Origin: Orbicella franksi
Taxonomy: Eukaryota
Assembly: GCA_964199315.1 (NCBI GenBank)
Contig: OZ116699.1
Span: forward strand, 15,314,001-15,378,000
Direction: 5' to 3'
DNA: 64,000 bases
Positions 63,245 through 64,000 of the stretch are shown piece after piece. A program made the position numbers and the translations under genes. Position 1 is the stretch's first letter. Every line of letters starts with the position of its first letter. The notes beneath the pieces were generated by a model. The model was not told the DNA's origin, searched no databases, and saw only the letters and a program-made list of their open reading frames with translations.

Positions 63245-63545
63245 TTTCATCCTTTTCATTGGCCGAGAGCCTACCACGTGACCTGCAACTAACTGCCTTG
63301 AAATGATGGTCTGCTCATGCGTAGAACTGTCTAAATTTGTTTTCCTGCAAATAATATTCTGCTCATACGTAGTTGTACCCACGCTCTTGTGTGAAAAATG
63401 TCAGATCGCTTCTCTGAGCTGTCAGAGAGTGATTTTAAATATGAAAAAAAACTTAATGATCGAATGATAAAACAGTTATTGAACTTGGCCATGATTATCG
63501 CGAAACTGCTTGCCACTGACAAATCAAGATATTTTGCTAAGCCCC
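63245..63545. repeat. Interspersed repeat (CATTGGCCGAGAGCCTACCACGTGACC family)
   Basis: Recognised only as a repeat-like block recalled from coral genomes; no second copy in this window. Confidence 0.35.
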
Positions 63546-64000
63546 TTCCAATAATTGTTAATTATCAGTAGTATCCCAAGTGTTGCATTCAACGTTTTTG
63601 GTACGGTTTTCCATATCATAGATTGATCTAAATTAAATTGCATTTTTTAAAGATACTATCGAAACGATCGATGTCGAAACAACTTCGTATGTTTCTCGGT
63701 AATATTCGATAGACTTCGGGAAACCTTCGGAAACGATCAAACGAGCGACCATAGGAGAATTTATAATAGTATTTGAAAAACTGATCTTCGAAACTGGGAA
63801 AGCGTACATGCAATCTGCTTTCGAGTGTTATCCATGAATATCCCAGTCGTAACTTGAGTTTCTGAATTTTCTTTGCACCCACTCACCTATTCTGGGTGAA
63901 AAAATGTCATGGTGCATCACTTCACTGGCATGTTCCGAACTGTATTTTACTATTTTATTTTTTCAAACTGAAGCCCAGGTAAAATAAGAGTGTCCTCTGA

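Noticed and set aside
1-64000. CRISPR arrays, operons, rRNA/tRNA genes, viral or giant-transposon (Polinton) genes
   Set aside because: No regularly spaced repeat-spacer units, no rRNA or tRNA folds and no such ORFs were seen; the remaining short ORFs in the track are intronic, repeat-derived or antisense to real exons.

Overview
Intron-rich, AT-rich animal genomic DNA, probably a cnidarian (stony coral). That assignment is inferred from the repeat families and gene structures, not proven. No prokaryotic features, CRISPR, rRNA or tRNA genes were found. I could assemble six genes by hand from splice sites: (1) a partial type-II membrane protein running off the left edge (-); (2) NOA1, the mitochondrial circularly permuted GTPase, 6 exons (-); (3) head-to-head with it, a FAM166/CIMIP2-SPMIP5-like ciliary microtubule inner protein, 7 exons, one of its introns apparently GC-AG (+); (4) a 4-exon secreted FGF lacking both family cysteines (-); (5) HOGA1, 7 exons (+); (6) an unrecognised basic 167-aa ORF with an RFX X-box upstream (-). 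The rest is transposon-rich: a young 5'-truncated L2/CR1-type LINE, a decayed LINE, a tRNA-derived CORE-like SINE, a Penelope GIY-YIG fragment nested with two MITEs, many MITEs, and two to three hammerhead ribozyme motifs, one with a complete minimal core. I found no wholly new system. The best leads are the ribozyme-bearing elements, the cysteine-less FGF, the X-box orphan gene, the possible ancient linkage to human chr4/10, and several splicing oddities. All coordinates were counted by hand; transposon boundaries are approximate.
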